Source: Verrucomicrobiia bacterium
GTDB lineage: Bacteria; Chloroflexota; Dormibacteria; Dormibacterales; Dormibacteraceae
Assembly: GCA_035318965.1 (NCBI GenBank)
Contig: DATHDR010000090.1
Coordinates: forward strand, 1-30,678
DNA length: 30,678 nt
Reading direction: 5' to 3'
Shown: positions 16,602 to 25,582 of the stretch, piece by piece
How positions within the stretch are numbered: position 1 is the stretch's first letter
How the letters are laid out: each line of letters begins with the position of its first letter
The notes under the pieces: generated by a model
What the model was told of the DNA's origin: nothing
Databases searched by the model: none
What the model saw: only the letters and a program-made list of their open reading frames with translations
Position numbers and translations under genes: made by a program

Positions 16602-17816
16602 TTGCGAGCTTCCACCTACCCGCTGATCGATGCTGACGACGCTGCTGCCCTCGTCCTGAAACACACGCCCGTCCTCGGCATTGAAAAAGTTTCCCTCGCT
16701 CACTGTGTTGGACGCGTTCTGGCGGAGGACCTGGTTGCGCCCTCGTCGCTGCCCGCGTTCCCGGCCAGCGCCGTCGACGGTTACGCGGTCCGAGCTGCTG
16801 ATGCCGGTAAACAGCTGCGGGTGGTTGGCGAGTCGGCCGCGGGCAGGCCCTTCGACGGCAAGCTCACGCCCGGAAGCGCGGTCAGGATCCTGACCGGCGG
16901 AGTGCTGCCCGACGGCGCCGATTGCGTGGTGATGGTGGAAGACGTCGAGGAGAAGGGGGACCTTGTCACCGTCCCGACATCGCTCAAGCCAGGAGTGAAC
17001 TTTCACGCGCCCGGCGCCGACCTGCGCGCCGGCGAGCGGGTGGTTGTAGCCGGACAGCAGCTTGGCCCGGCGGAAATAGGGCTTGCGGCGGCGCTCGGCT
17101 TCCCGAGGTTGCCGGTCTACCGGAGGCCGCGTGTTGCATTGATGTCGACCGGCGACGAGCTGGTCGAGGTGGGGGGGAAGCCCGGGCGCGGGCAGATCCT
17201 CGACTCAAACCGGTGGGCCCTGCTGGCCGTCCTCCGCGAGGCCGGCGCCGATGTGAGGGGCCTTGGAATCGGGCCCGATGAGCCCGACGCGTTGCGCAAG
17301 CTCGTCGTCGAAGCCCTTCGGGAGGTCGATGTGCTGGTGACATCAGGCGGCGTCTCGGTCGGCACGCACGACCTCATCAAGCCTCTGCTCGAATCGCTCG
17401 GCAACGTGCACGTCGGGCGGGTCAAGCTGAAGCCCGGCAAGCCATTCACTTTCGCGACACTGCCCGAAGGCAAGGTTGCTTTCGGGCTCCCTGGCTTTCC
17501 CGTCTCCTCGCTCGTGACGTTCGAGGTGTTCGTCCGCCCGGCGCTGCGCAAGATGCAGGGATTCGCCCAGCTCCAGCGTCCGACGCTGCCAGTCCGCCTC
17601 GGCTACGACGCACGCGCGACGGCCGATCGCACCGAGTACCAGCGGGTGACGTTGAAGCGCGAGGGGCGGGAGCTGGTCGCCGAAACCACCGGGTCCCAGT
17701 CCTCATCGCGCCTCATGTCGCTGGCGGGAGCACACGCTTTGGTGCGCATCCCGCCCGGCGATCAGGGAATCAAGGTCGGAAGCACCGTCGAGGCGATCAT
17801 CCTGTCCCTACCGTGA
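16602..17816 (+). CDS. moeA: Molybdopterin molybdotransferase
   Basis: GRVLAED, SAVDGYAV, RILTGG.LP.GAD.V.M.E, STGDEL, SGGVSVG.HD, KPGKP, GLPGFPVS, QSSSRL.SL. Confidence 0.96.
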   Translation: MRASTYPLIDADDAAALVLKHTPVLGIEKVSLAHCVGRVLAEDLVAPSSLPAFPASAVDGYAVRAADAGKQLRVVGESAAGRPFDGKLTPGSAVRILTGGVLPDGADCVVMVEDVEEKGDLVTVPTSLKPGVNFHAPGADLRAGERVVVAGQQLGPAEIGLAAALGFPRLPVYRRPRVALMSTGDELVEVGGKPGRGQILDSNRWALLAVLREAGADVRGLGIGPDEPDALRKLVVEALREVDVLVTSGGVSVGTHDLIKPLLESLGNVHVGRVKLKPGKPFTFATLPEGKVAFGLPGFPVSSLVTFEVFVRPALRKMQGFAQLQRPTLPVRLGYDARATADRTEYQRVTLKREGRELVAETTGSQSSSRLMSLAGAHALVRIPPGDQGIKVGSTVEAIILSLP

Positions 17817-17981
17817 CTTACGGCCCTGGCCGGCTGCATCCTGGAGATCGCCTTTGATATCGCGAACAGTCCGCTTGGCGTCGCCAACCTTCTGCCGTGC
17901 CTGGCCTTTGAGCTCCTCTTTACGGTCGCCTGTGGCCTTGCCTTTGATCTCTTCCGCCTTGCCACGAATCTGATCTTTCAT
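17808..17981 (-). CDS. CsbD-like small stress-response protein (57 aa)
   Basis: Below the track cut-off. Hand translation: MKDQIRGKAEEIKGKATGDRKEELKGQARQKVGDAKRTVRDIKGDLQDAAGQGRKSR-TAG; the G...E.KGK.TGD...E..G...Q..G..K pattern is that of CsbD. Confidence 0.88.
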   Translation of the reverse strand: MKDQIRGKAEEIKGKATGDRKEELKGQARQKVGDAKRTVRDIKGDLQDAAGQGRKSR

Positions 17982-18016
17982 ACATAGGTAACGCCGGGTC
18001 GAATCGATCTGGCAGT

Positions 18017-18039
18017 CGAACGTTCGTTCGCTTTAGAAT
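18017..18039 (+). promoter_or_regulatory. LexA/SOS box plus -10 element upstream of uvrB
   Basis: CGAAC-GTTC-GTTCG (18017-18030) matches CGAAC-N4-GTTCG exactly; TAGAAT at 18034-18039. Confidence 0.88.
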
Positions 18040-18041
18040 TA

Positions 18042-20132
18042 ATGACTCCAATGCCCTCCAGCTTTCGTGTCGACGCACCCTTCAAGCCGGCCGGCGACCA
18101 GCCAGAAGCCATCAAGCAGCTGGTCGATGGCGTGCGCTCGGGCCTGACTCAGCAGGTCCTCGCGGGGGTCACCGGCAGCGGCAAGACCAACGTGATGGCG
18201 TGGGCCGTCGAGGAGCTGCAGCGGCCAGTGCTGGTTCTCAGCCCGAACAAGACGCTGGCCGCCCAGCTTTGCGCAGAGTTCCGGCGGCTGCTCCCGGACA
18301 ACGCGGTCGAGTACTTCGTCAGCTACTACGACTATTACCAGCCCGAGGCCTACATCGCGAGAAGTGACACGTACATCGAGAAAGACTCGAGCCGGAACGA
18401 AGAGATCGATCGCATGCGGCACTCGACGACCCAGGCCCTGCTCACGCGGCGTGACGTCCTGGTCGTAGCGAGCATCAGCTGCATCTATGGCATCGGCGCC
18501 GTCGAGGACTACATGGGCGAGTCGCTGCACGTCGAGAAAGGCCAGGCGATCCGGCGCGAGGTCTTCCTGCGCAAGCTGACCGAGATGCTCTACGAACGCA
18601 ACGACTACGACCTGGCACGGCTTCGCTTCCGGGTGCGTGGGGATGTCGTCGACCTGGTTCCCGCCAACGAAGAAAAGGTCTATCGAGTCGAGTTCTTCGG
18701 TGACGAGGTGGAGCGCATCCAGGAGCTCGACGCCGTGACGGGCGAGATCCTTGGCGCCCGCAACGACTTCACGATCTTCCCCGCGTCGCATTACGTGACG
18801 CCCGCGGACAAGCTTCGGCTTGCGATGTCTGACATCGAGGTGGAGCTCGACGAGCGCACCAAGTGGTTCGAGGAGCATGGCCGGCTGCTCGAGGCTCAAC
18901 GGCTGCGGCAGCGCACCAACTTCGACCTCGAGATGATGCGCGAGACGGGCACGTGCGCGGGCATCGAGAACTACTCCATGCATCTCACGCGCCGCAAGCC
19001 CGGCGACGCTCCGTACACGCTGATGGACTTCCTGCCGGACGACGCGCTGATCTTCGTCGACGAGTCACACGTGGCGGTGCCGCAGATCGGCGGCATGCTG
19101 GGCGGCGACCGCTCGCGCAAGGCGGCTTTGGTCGAGTACGGGTTCCGCCTGCCCAGCGCGTTCGACAACCGGCCGTTGAGCTTTGACGAATGGGAGGAGC
19201 GTGCGCGCGACGTCGTCTATGTGTCGGCGACTCCAGGTCCTTACGAGATGCGCCGCTCGCAGCGCACGGTCGAGATGGTCGTGCGTCCGACCGGCCTGGT
19301 CGATCCGACAGTCGAGGTGCGACCCACCGAAGGCCAGATCGACGACCTGCTCGCCGAGGTGAAGAAACGCGCGGAGCTCGGTCACCGCTCGCTGGTGACA
19401 ACTCTTACCAAGCGATTTGCCGAAGACCTGGCCGACTATCTGCGCGAATACGGGGTCAAGGTGCGATACCTCCACTCCGAGCTCGACGCGATGGAGCGCA
19501 TCGACGTGCTGCGCGACCTTCGCACCGGCGCGGTCGACGTGGTGGTAGGCATCAACCTCCTTCGCGAAGGGCTCGACCTGCCTGAGGTCGCGTTCATCGG
19601 CATCCTCGACGCGGACAAGGAGGGCTACCTCCGTGCCTACAGGTCGTTCATCCAGACGATCGGGCGGGCCGCGCGGAACGTCGAAGGTCACGTCGTCATG
19701 TACGCGGACAAGATCACCGACTCGATGCGCCAGGCTCTCGATGAGACCGAGCGCCGGCGCAACAAGCAGATCGCCTACAACGCGGAGCGCGGCATCACAC
19801 CGGAGACGGTGAAGAAGGCGATCTACCAGCTCGAGATCAACCAGAACGACCTCAAGGCGGACGCGGTGGAGATCATGGCCGGCGCGGGCGTGCCGCGCGA
19901 GGACTTGCTGGCGATCGTGCGGGACCTGGAGAAGGAGATGCGCCGGCTGTCGAAGGAGCTGCAGTTCGAGGATGCCGCTCGGGTGCGTGACCGGATCATC
20001 CTGCTTCGGAAGCGACTATCGGGCGAGGTGACGGGCAAGGAGAACGACGGCGACGTCGCGCTCGCCATCGCCGCAGCGCCCAAACAGAAGACGATGGTGC
20101 GCAACTATCGACCCGGCCGGCGAGGCCGGTGA
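18042..20132 (+). CDS. uvrB: Excinuclease ABC subunit B
   Basis: GDQP, GVTGSGKT, NKTLAAQL, beta-hairpin YYDYYQPEAY, DESH, GINLLREGLDLPEV, C-terminal UVR domain. True start may be ATG 18051. Confidence 0.99.
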   Translation: MTPMPSSFRVDAPFKPAGDQPEAIKQLVDGVRSGLTQQVLAGVTGSGKTNVMAWAVEELQRPVLVLSPNKTLAAQLCAEFRRLLPDNAVEYFVSYYDYYQPEAYIARSDTYIEKDSSRNEEIDRMRHSTTQALLTRRDVLVVASISCIYGIGAVEDYMGESLHVEKGQAIRREVFLRKLTEMLYERNDYDLARLRFRVRGDVVDLVPANEEKVYRVEFFGDEVERIQELDAVTGEILGARNDFTIFPASHYVTPADKLRLAMSDIEVELDERTKWFEEHGRLLEAQRLRQRTNFDLEMMRETGTCAGIENYSMHLTRRKPGDAPYTLMDFLPDDALIFVDESHVAVPQIGGMLGGDRSRKAALVEYGFRLPSAFDNRPLSFDEWEERARDVVYVSATPGPYEMRRSQRTVEMVVRPTGLVDPTVEVRPTEGQIDDLLAEVKKRAELGHRSLVTTLTKRFAEDLADYLREYGVKVRYLHSELDAMERIDVLRDLRTGAVDVVVGINLLREGLDLPEVAFIGILDADKEGYLRAYRSFIQTIGRAARNVEGHVVMYADKITDSMRQALDETERRRNKQIAYNAERGITPETVKKAIYQLEINQNDLKADAVEIMAGAGVPREDLLAIVRDLEKEMRRLSKELQFEDAARVRDRIILLRKRLSGEVTGKENDGDVALAIAAAPKQKTMVRNYRPGRRGR

Positions 20133-20551
20133 GGAACGTCAAGCGCGCCGAAAGTTTGCTTGCGGCGAAGCCGGACGGGTGGATGCAAACGCTCGGCGCT
20201 CGCATCACCGAGGCCGAGCCGGGTCGTGTCGTGCTGGAGCTCGAGGCAGGGCCGCAGCATCGCCATGGCGGCGGGGTGGTCCAGGGCGGAGTGATCACTC
20301 AGATCGCTGATGCGGCGATGGGGATGTCGCTGGGCACGCTCCAGGAAGACGGGATGTGGAATACGACCATCGAGTTGAAGATCAACTTCCTGCGCCCGGT
20401 GATCGAGGGGCGTCTGCGAGCGGTCGGCCGCGTGATCGAGATGCGGCAGACGCTGCTGTTCAGCGAGGCTGACGTCCTTGATGAGGGTGGTCGCCTGGTC
20501 GCTCACGCATCGTCGACATGCATGCCGGTCCCGGAGGGGCAGGGCCGATGA
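20129..20551 (+). CDS. PaaI family hotdog-fold thioesterase 1
   Basis: GVVQGG...IAD.AMG, TIELKINFLRP, EADV.D..G.LVA; GTGA overlap with the uvrB stop. Confidence 0.88.
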   Translation: MRNVKRAESLLAAKPDGWMQTLGARITEAEPGRVVLELEAGPQHRHGGGVVQGGVITQIADAAMGMSLGTLQEDGMWNTTIELKINFLRPVIEGRLRAVGRVIEMRQTLLFSEADVLDEGGRLVAHASSTCMPVPEGQGR

Positions 20552-21006
20552 GTGAGGTCAAATCAGCGTCCAGGGCATGGACCTGGCTCGGCCTCCAGAC
20601 CGTCGAGACCGCGGACGGCACCGCAACCGTTGAGATGAAAGCCAGGGAAGACATGGCCAACCACTCCGGTTTCGTACACGGTGGGATGATCAGCACCCTG
20701 GCTGATTCGGCCATGGGGCTGTCGGTGCGGACGCTGAAGCCGGGCGTCGTACGGTCGATGAGCTTTGATTTGAAGCTCAGCTTCATCTCTGCTGCCAGGA
20801 TCGGCGAGACGCTTCGGGCAACAGGACGAGTGATTCATGCCGGTCGGCGCACCGTCGTGACGGAGTGCAGGGTTGAAGGGCCAGACGGGAAGCTGGTCGC
20901 CACCGCGAGCGGTACGTTTTCGGTAACCAGGGAAAAGGAATACTCAAGCTCGGCCCCCTCTCACCAGTCTCCCCCCAAGGGGGGAGAGGACAAGGAACAG
21001 ACCTAA
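20548..21006 (+). CDS. PaaI family hotdog-fold thioesterase 2
   Basis: N..G.VHGG.ISTLAD.AMG, DLKLSFI, VIHAGRR, G.LVA.A.GTF; ATGA overlap with the upstream gene and a GGAGG SD. Confidence 0.9.
   Translation: MSEVKSASRAWTWLGLQTVETADGTATVEMKAREDMANHSGFVHGGMISTLADSAMGLSVRTLKPGVVRSMSFDLKLSFISAARIGETLRATGRVIHAGRRTVVTECRVEGPDGKLVATASGTFSVTREKEYSSSAPSHQSPPKGGEDKEQT
20954..20989. repeat. REP-like palindrome inside the 3' end of paaI-2
   Basis: CCCCCTCTCACCAG-TCTCCCCCC-AA-GGGGGGAGA-GG, with perfect 9-bp arms at 20968-20987. Only one copy in the window. Confidence 0.5.
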
Positions 21007-21009
21007 CTC

Positions 21010-23919
21010 ATGCCAACTGACCAGATCACGATCCGCGGAGCGCGGGAGCATAACCTGAAGAACGTCACGCTTTCGATCCCGCGTGACAAGCTCGTCGTGT
21101 TCACCGGGCTCTCGGGCTCCGGAAAGTCCTCGCTTGCCTTCGACACGATCTACGCCGAAGGGCAGCGCAGGTACGTCGAATCCCTCAGCGCCTACGCGCG
21201 GCAGTTCCTGGGTCAGATGGAAAAGCCCGACGTGGACACCATCGAAGGACTCTCGCCCGCGATCTCGATCGATCAGAAAGGAACCTCGAAGAATCCTCGC
21301 TCGACGGTGGGGACCGTGACCGAGGTCTACGACTACCTGCGCCTCTTGTATGCGAGGATCGGCCACCCTCATTGCCCGGTGTGCGGGCGCGAGGTCCGCC
21401 GCCAGACCGTCGACCAGATGGCCGACCACGTCGAGAAGCTGCCCAAGGGGACGCGGGTGATGGTCTTGGGCCCGGTCGTCAAGGGTCGCAAGGGCGAGTA
21501 CCGCTCGCTGATTGACGACGTGCGCAAGTCCGGGTTCGTCAGGGTGCGAGTTGACGGCAATCTGTACGAGCTCACCGAGCAGATTCCGCTCGACCGGAAC
21601 AAGAAGCACGACATTCAGGTCGTGGTGGACCGCATCGTTGTCGGGCCGGAACAGCGGACGAGGCTCGTCGAGTCGATCGAAACTGCGGCGCGGCTTGGCG
21701 GAGGCCTGGTGATCATCGTCCCGGACAAGGGCGACGAGATTCAGATGTCGATGGACTACGCGTGCCCGTACGACGGCACCAGTGTGTCCGAGCCCGAGCC
21801 GCGCAACTTCTCGTTCAACAGCCCGCACGGCGTGTGCCCGACCTGCACCGGGATCGGCTTTCAGCTCGTAGTCGACGGAGACCTTGTCGTGCCCGACCCA
21901 TCGCTGTCCCTTCGCGAGGGAGCGATCGCCGCGTGGAGCCGATCTCAGTTCTTCTACCCGGAGCTGCTCGAGTCGGTCAGCAAGTACTTCGGCATCGACA
22001 TGGACAAGCCGTGGTCGAGGCTGGCGAAGCAGCAGCGCGACGTCCTGCTCAACGGCACAGGCGACAAGAAGATCCGGTTCGGCTACAAGAACCAGTACGG
22101 GCACTCGCGCTGGTACGAGGCGCCTTTCGAAGGCGTGATCGCCAACCTCCAGCGGCGCTACCAGGAGACGCAGTCCGAGTACTTGAAGACGGAGCTCGAA
22201 AGGTACATGTCGGACAAGCCCTGTCCGGCGTGCAAGGGTCGCCGCCTCAAGCCCGAATCGCTCGCGGTCACTGTCGCGAACCACAACATCGCCGAGGTAT
22301 GCGTTCTGCCGGTGAGCGCTGCGATCGGCTTCTTCGACAACCTTGAGCTGACCGATCGAGAGCAGCTGATCGCTCGCGGGATCCTGAAGGAGATCCGCGA
22401 ACGTCTGCAGTTCATGATCGACGTCGGGCTCGAGTACCTCACGACCGAGCGTGCGGCCAACACCCTCTCTGGCGGCGAGTCGCAGCGCATCCGTCTAGCC
22501 ACCCAGATCGGCTCGAAGCTGATGGGGGTGCTTTACATTCTCGACGAGCCTTCGATCGGCTTGCACCAGCGCGACAACCGGCGGCTGATCAACACCCTGC
22601 TGCGGCTGCGCGACCTTGGCAACACTCTGATCGTCGTAGAGCACGACGAGGAAACGATCCGTTCGGCCGACTACATGGTGGACATCGGGCCGGCTGCAGG
22701 GGAGCACGGCGGCGAGATCATCGCCGCGGGTACGGTCGAGCAGGTGTTGCGCGACCCGAACTCTCTGACGGCCGCCTTTCTGCGTGGAGATCGCGTCATC
22801 CCGATTCCGCCGCGGCGGCGTGCCGGCACCGGCAAGCGCCTGGTGATTCGTGGAGCGCGCGCGAACAACCTGAAGGGCATCGACGTCGCGATTCCTTTGG
22901 GCGAGTTCGTCGCAGTGTCAGGCGTAAGCGGTTCGGGCAAGTCATCGTTGGTGACGGACATCTTGAGCCGCAAGGTCGCCCAGCACTTTTTCAGGGCGAA
23001 GGACCGGCCCGGCCCGCACGACGCGGTCGAAGGCCTCGAGCATATCGACAAGGCGATCGACATCGACCAGTCGCCCATCGGGCGCACGCCGCGATCCAAC
23101 CCGGCCACCTACACCGGGATGTTCACCTACATGCGCGAGCTGTTCGCGCAGCTTCCCGAGGCGAAGATGCGCGGCTACAAGCCAGGGCGCTTCAGCTTCA
23201 ACGTTCGCGGCGGCCGGTGCGAGGCGTGCCAGGGCGACGGGATCATCCAGATCGAGATGCACTTCCTGCCCGACGTGTACGTGCCGTGCGAGGTCTGCCA
23301 CGGGACTCGCTACTCGCGCGAGGTGCAGGAGGTGAAGTTTCGCGGCCACTCGATCTCCGATGTTCTCGAGATGACTGTCGACGAGGCCGTTGAAGTCTTC
23401 GAGAACGTGCCCCGGATCAAAGTGAAGCTGAAGACGCTGCAGGACGTGGGCCTCGGCTACATCCGGCTAGGCCAGCCGGCGACCCAGCTGTCGGGCGGTG
23501 AGGCGCAACGGGTGAAGCTGTCCGCCGAGCTTTCGCGCCGTGACACCGGGCGGACCCTGTACCTGCTGGACGAACCGACGACGGGCCTCCACTACGCAGA
23601 TGTGGAGCGTCTGCTGGTCGTGCTGCACCGCCTGGTCGACCACGGCAACACGGTGGTCGTGATCGAGCACAACCTTGACGTGCTCAAGACCGCGGACTGG
23701 CTGATCGACCTCGGACCAGAAGGCGGGGAGAAGGGCGGCTATGTGATCGCGGAGGGGACGCCTGAGCTGGTGGCGGGGAATCCCGAATCCTCGACCGGCC
23801 AGTTCCTGCGCGCGCCGCTGGCGAAGGCAGGGCGGCGTCCGGAGAAGTCGAACGGCGCCATACGCGCCCGCGACTCGAAGCGCCGAACGCCCGCCCGTCG
23901 CGTCAAAGTCGCCGTCTGA
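21010..23919 (+). CDS. uvrA: Excinuclease ABC subunit A
   Basis: Two ABC ATPase modules ([25 protein letters not shown]; [25 protein letters not shown]), [10 protein letters not shown], Zn modules; 969 aa. Confidence 0.99.
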   Translation: MPTDQITIRGAREHNLKNVTLSIPRDKLVVFTGLSGSGKSSLAFDTIYAEGQRRYVESLSAYARQFLGQMEKPDVDTIEGLSPAISIDQKGTSKNPRSTVGTVTEVYDYLRLLYARIGHPHCPVCGREVRRQTVDQMADHVEKLPKGTRVMVLGPVVKGRKGEYRSLIDDVRKSGFVRVRVDGNLYELTEQIPLDRNKKHDIQVVVDRIVVGPEQRTRLVESIETAARLGGGLVIIVPDKGDEIQMSMDYACPYDGTSVSEPEPRNFSFNSPHGVCPTCTGIGFQLVVDGDLVVPDPSLSLREGAIAAWSRSQFFYPELLESVSKYFGIDMDKPWSRLAKQQRDVLLNGTGDKKIRFGYKNQYGHSRWYEAPFEGVIANLQRRYQETQSEYLKTELERYMSDKPCPACKGRRLKPESLAVTVANHNIAEVCVLPVSAAIGFFDNLELTDREQLIARGILKEIRERLQFMIDVGLEYLTTERAANTLSGGESQRIRLATQIGSKLMGVLYILDEPSIGLHQRDNRRLINTLLRLRDLGNTLIVVEHDEETIRSADYMVDIGPAAGEHGGEIIAAGTVEQVLRDPNSLTAAFLRGDRVIPIPPRRRAGTGKRLVIRGARANNLKGIDVAIPLGEFVAVSGVSGSGKSSLVTDILSRKVAQHFFRAKDRPGPHDAVEGLEHIDKAIDIDQSPIGRTPRSNPATYTGMFTYMRELFAQLPEAKMRGYKPGRFSFNVRGGRCEACQGDGIIQIEMHFLPDVYVPCEVCHGTRYSREVQEVKFRGHSISDVLEMTVDEAVEVFENVPRIKVKLKTLQDVGLGYIRLGQPATQLSGGEAQRVKLSAELSRRDTGRTLYLLDEPTTGLHYADVERLLVVLHRLVDHGNTVVVIEHNLDVLKTADWLIDLGPEGGEKGGYVIAEGTPELVAGNPESSTGQFLRAPLAKAGRRPEKSNGAIRARDSKRRTPARRVKVAV

Positions 23920-23954
23920 AGACCGAAACCTCATCAACAACTTACGGGGCGCTG

Positions 23955-25130
23955 ATGCGCGTCCCGGGCTTCGCCCGCCTGTACGCCGGCCTCCTGCTCG
24001 GTCGGGTCGCCGGCTCGATGGTCACGGTGACGCTGGTCCTCTTTGTGCTGGCCCGCTACCACTCCCCGCAGCTCGCCGGCGCTACCGCTTTCTTCAGCCT
24101 CTTTCCCGGCCTTGTGGTGTCCCCGGTCGCGGGCGCCCTACTCGACCGGCACGGCCGCGGGCGGCTGGTGGTGCTCGACTATCTCACCGCCGCTGTCACC
24201 GTGGTGCTTCTTGCGGGGCTGTCGGCACGCGAGCTCCTTCCCTGGGGAGCGCTGCTGGCCATCGTCAGCTTCGCCTCACTGACCAACCCGCTCAGCAACT
24301 CGGGCGCTCGGTCGCTGTTCCCGTTGATCGCGCCGCGTGCTCTCTGGGAACGAGCGAACGCGCTCGACAGCAGCGGTCACGTCATCGCGCAGCTTGTGGG
24401 GGCTCCGCTCGCGGGGGTCCTGGTCGGCGTCCTTGGGCCTGAGTGGGCGCTCGCCGCATGCGGCGTGGTTTTCGCCGCGGCCGCGGTGGTCATGCTCCGG
24501 CTGCCTGAACCGACCTCGACCGCTGTCATCGACGGATCGATCCTTTTGAACGCCTGGCGCGGCCTCCAGTACGTCATGCGCAATGCAACCTTGCGCGGCC
24601 TGGCGATGACGCTGATCACGTTCAACCTGAGCTGGGGCATCCTGGCGATCGCGGTCCCGGTGCTCCTCCTTGATCGTCTCCACGAGGGACCGGCGACCGT
24701 CGGTTTCGTGTGGGGCGTGATGGGCGCAGCCGGCCTGGTCTCCGCGCTAATTGCCGGACGCATGTCCAGCCGCGGGCGCGAGAGACATCTGATGTTCGTC
24801 ACCATCCTGATCAGCGCCGCGGGCATCGCGCTGCTCCCGTTTGCGACCGCGCTGCCGGTCGTCCTGCTCGCGATCATGATCTTTGGAGCGGCGAACGGGC
24901 CGTTTGACATCGGGTTGTTCACCCTTCGTCAGAGACGGACCGACCCGGCGTGGTTCGGCCGGGCGTTTGCGGTGTCGATGTCGATCAACTGGGTCGGGAC
25001 GCCGGTCGGCTCAGCCCTGGCGGGGACCCTGATCGGCTGGTCCCTGAACGTTGCCCTCTGGGCGGCGGTGCTGGCGGCGTTGGTGGCGGCGGTGTTCCCG
25101 CTCCTCGCGGTGCCGGCGCAAGACGACTAG
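23955..25130 (+). CDS. MFS transporter (DHA3/MefA-like efflux type)
   Basis: 391 aa with about 12 hydrophobic segments, motif A G.LLDRHGRGRL, ERANAL, GRAFA. Confidence 0.88.
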   Translation: MRVPGFARLYAGLLLGRVAGSMVTVTLVLFVLARYHSPQLAGATAFFSLFPGLVVSPVAGALLDRHGRGRLVVLDYLTAAVTVVLLAGLSARELLPWGALLAIVSFASLTNPLSNSGARSLFPLIAPRALWERANALDSSGHVIAQLVGAPLAGVLVGVLGPEWALAACGVVFAAAAVVMLRLPEPTSTAVIDGSILLNAWRGLQYVMRNATLRGLAMTLITFNLSWGILAIAVPVLLLDRLHEGPATVGFVWGVMGAAGLVSALIAGRMSSRGRERHLMFVTILISAAGIALLPFATALPVVLLAIMIFGAANGPFDIGLFTLRQRRTDPAWFGRAFAVSMSINWVGTPVGSALAGTLIGWSLNVALWAAVLAALVAAVFPLLAVPAQDD

Positions 25131-25546
25131 CGCGGCCTGAGGAAAAAGACGCCGATGCCGAGCACGAAGACCAGGAAGAGCACTCCGATGATCACAAGGA
25201 AGATCAGCACGAGGTGGGCGGCGCCGATGATCATGCCGGCCGTCGCCATGCCCATGCCCCCTTCTCCCGTCTCCTTGATCTGCTTGCGCGCCATATAGCC
25301 GGTGATGACCGCGATCAGGGCGACGGTGAAGCCGCCGAGGCCGGGAACGATGTGCGCGAAGAACGATCCGATCCCCGTGGCCAGGCTGACGATGGCCAGC
25401 GTGTTGGTGCGCGTCCCGGCGGCCGGCGTGTAGGTCGGACCCATAGGTCCGGGCGGGACCGTGCTGGTGGGTGCCGACTGCTGGCCGGCGATCTGCGTCG
25501 GCGTCGCCGAAGGCTGAACCGGAAGCTCGCTGGGCGTGGTGCTCAT
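25127..25546 (-). CDS. DUF4190-like membrane protein with Pro-rich N-terminus
   Basis: RTNTLAIVSL..GI, A.ITGYMARKQIKETGEGG.GMATAG.IIG. ATG 25546 lies 7 nt after TACACT (25559-25554). The track ORF extends spuriously to 26518. Confidence 0.85.
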   Translation of the reverse strand: MSTTPSELPVQPSATPTQIAGQQSAPTSTVPPGPMGPTYTPAAGTRTNTLAIVSLATGIGSFFAHIVPGLGGFTVALIAVITGYMARKQIKETGEGGMGMATAGMIIGAAHLVLIFLVIIGVLFLVFVLGIGVFFLRPR

Positions 25547-25553
25547 GAGCCCG

Positions 25554-25573
25554 AGTGTACGGCTTCCTACAAT
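25554..25573. promoter_or_regulatory. Overlapping divergent promoters for DUF4190 and uvrC
   Basis: TACACT on minus (25559-25554) and TACAAT on plus (25568-25573) within a 36-bp intergenic gap; no SD on either side. Confidence 0.65.
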
Positions 25574-25582
25574 CGGATTCCG

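Noticed and set aside
15996-17006. 336-aa minus-strand ORF
   Set aside because: Shadow of the MacB-like permease and moeA.
17762-17965. 67-aa Arg/Lys-rich minus ORF (MARRKRSKAR...)
   Set aside because: Alternative frame of the CsbD-like gene at 17808-17981, which has the recognisable family pattern.
18039-19691. 314-aa and 208-aa minus ORFs opposite uvrB
   Set aside because: Antisense shadows.
20990-21009. Separate LexA box or promoter for uvrA (GGAAC half-site)
   Set aside because: No GTTC partner and no -10 element seen; uvrA is more simply co-transcribed with uvrB.
20944-22284. 446-aa minus ORF opposite uvrA
   Set aside because: Antisense shadow with no domain motifs.
24950-25582. 211-aa N-terminal extension of UvrC, and the 25547-26518 extension of the DUF4190 ORF
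   Set aside because: Each overlaps a real gene on the other strand; the family domains begin at 25583 and 25546, each just after a -10 element.
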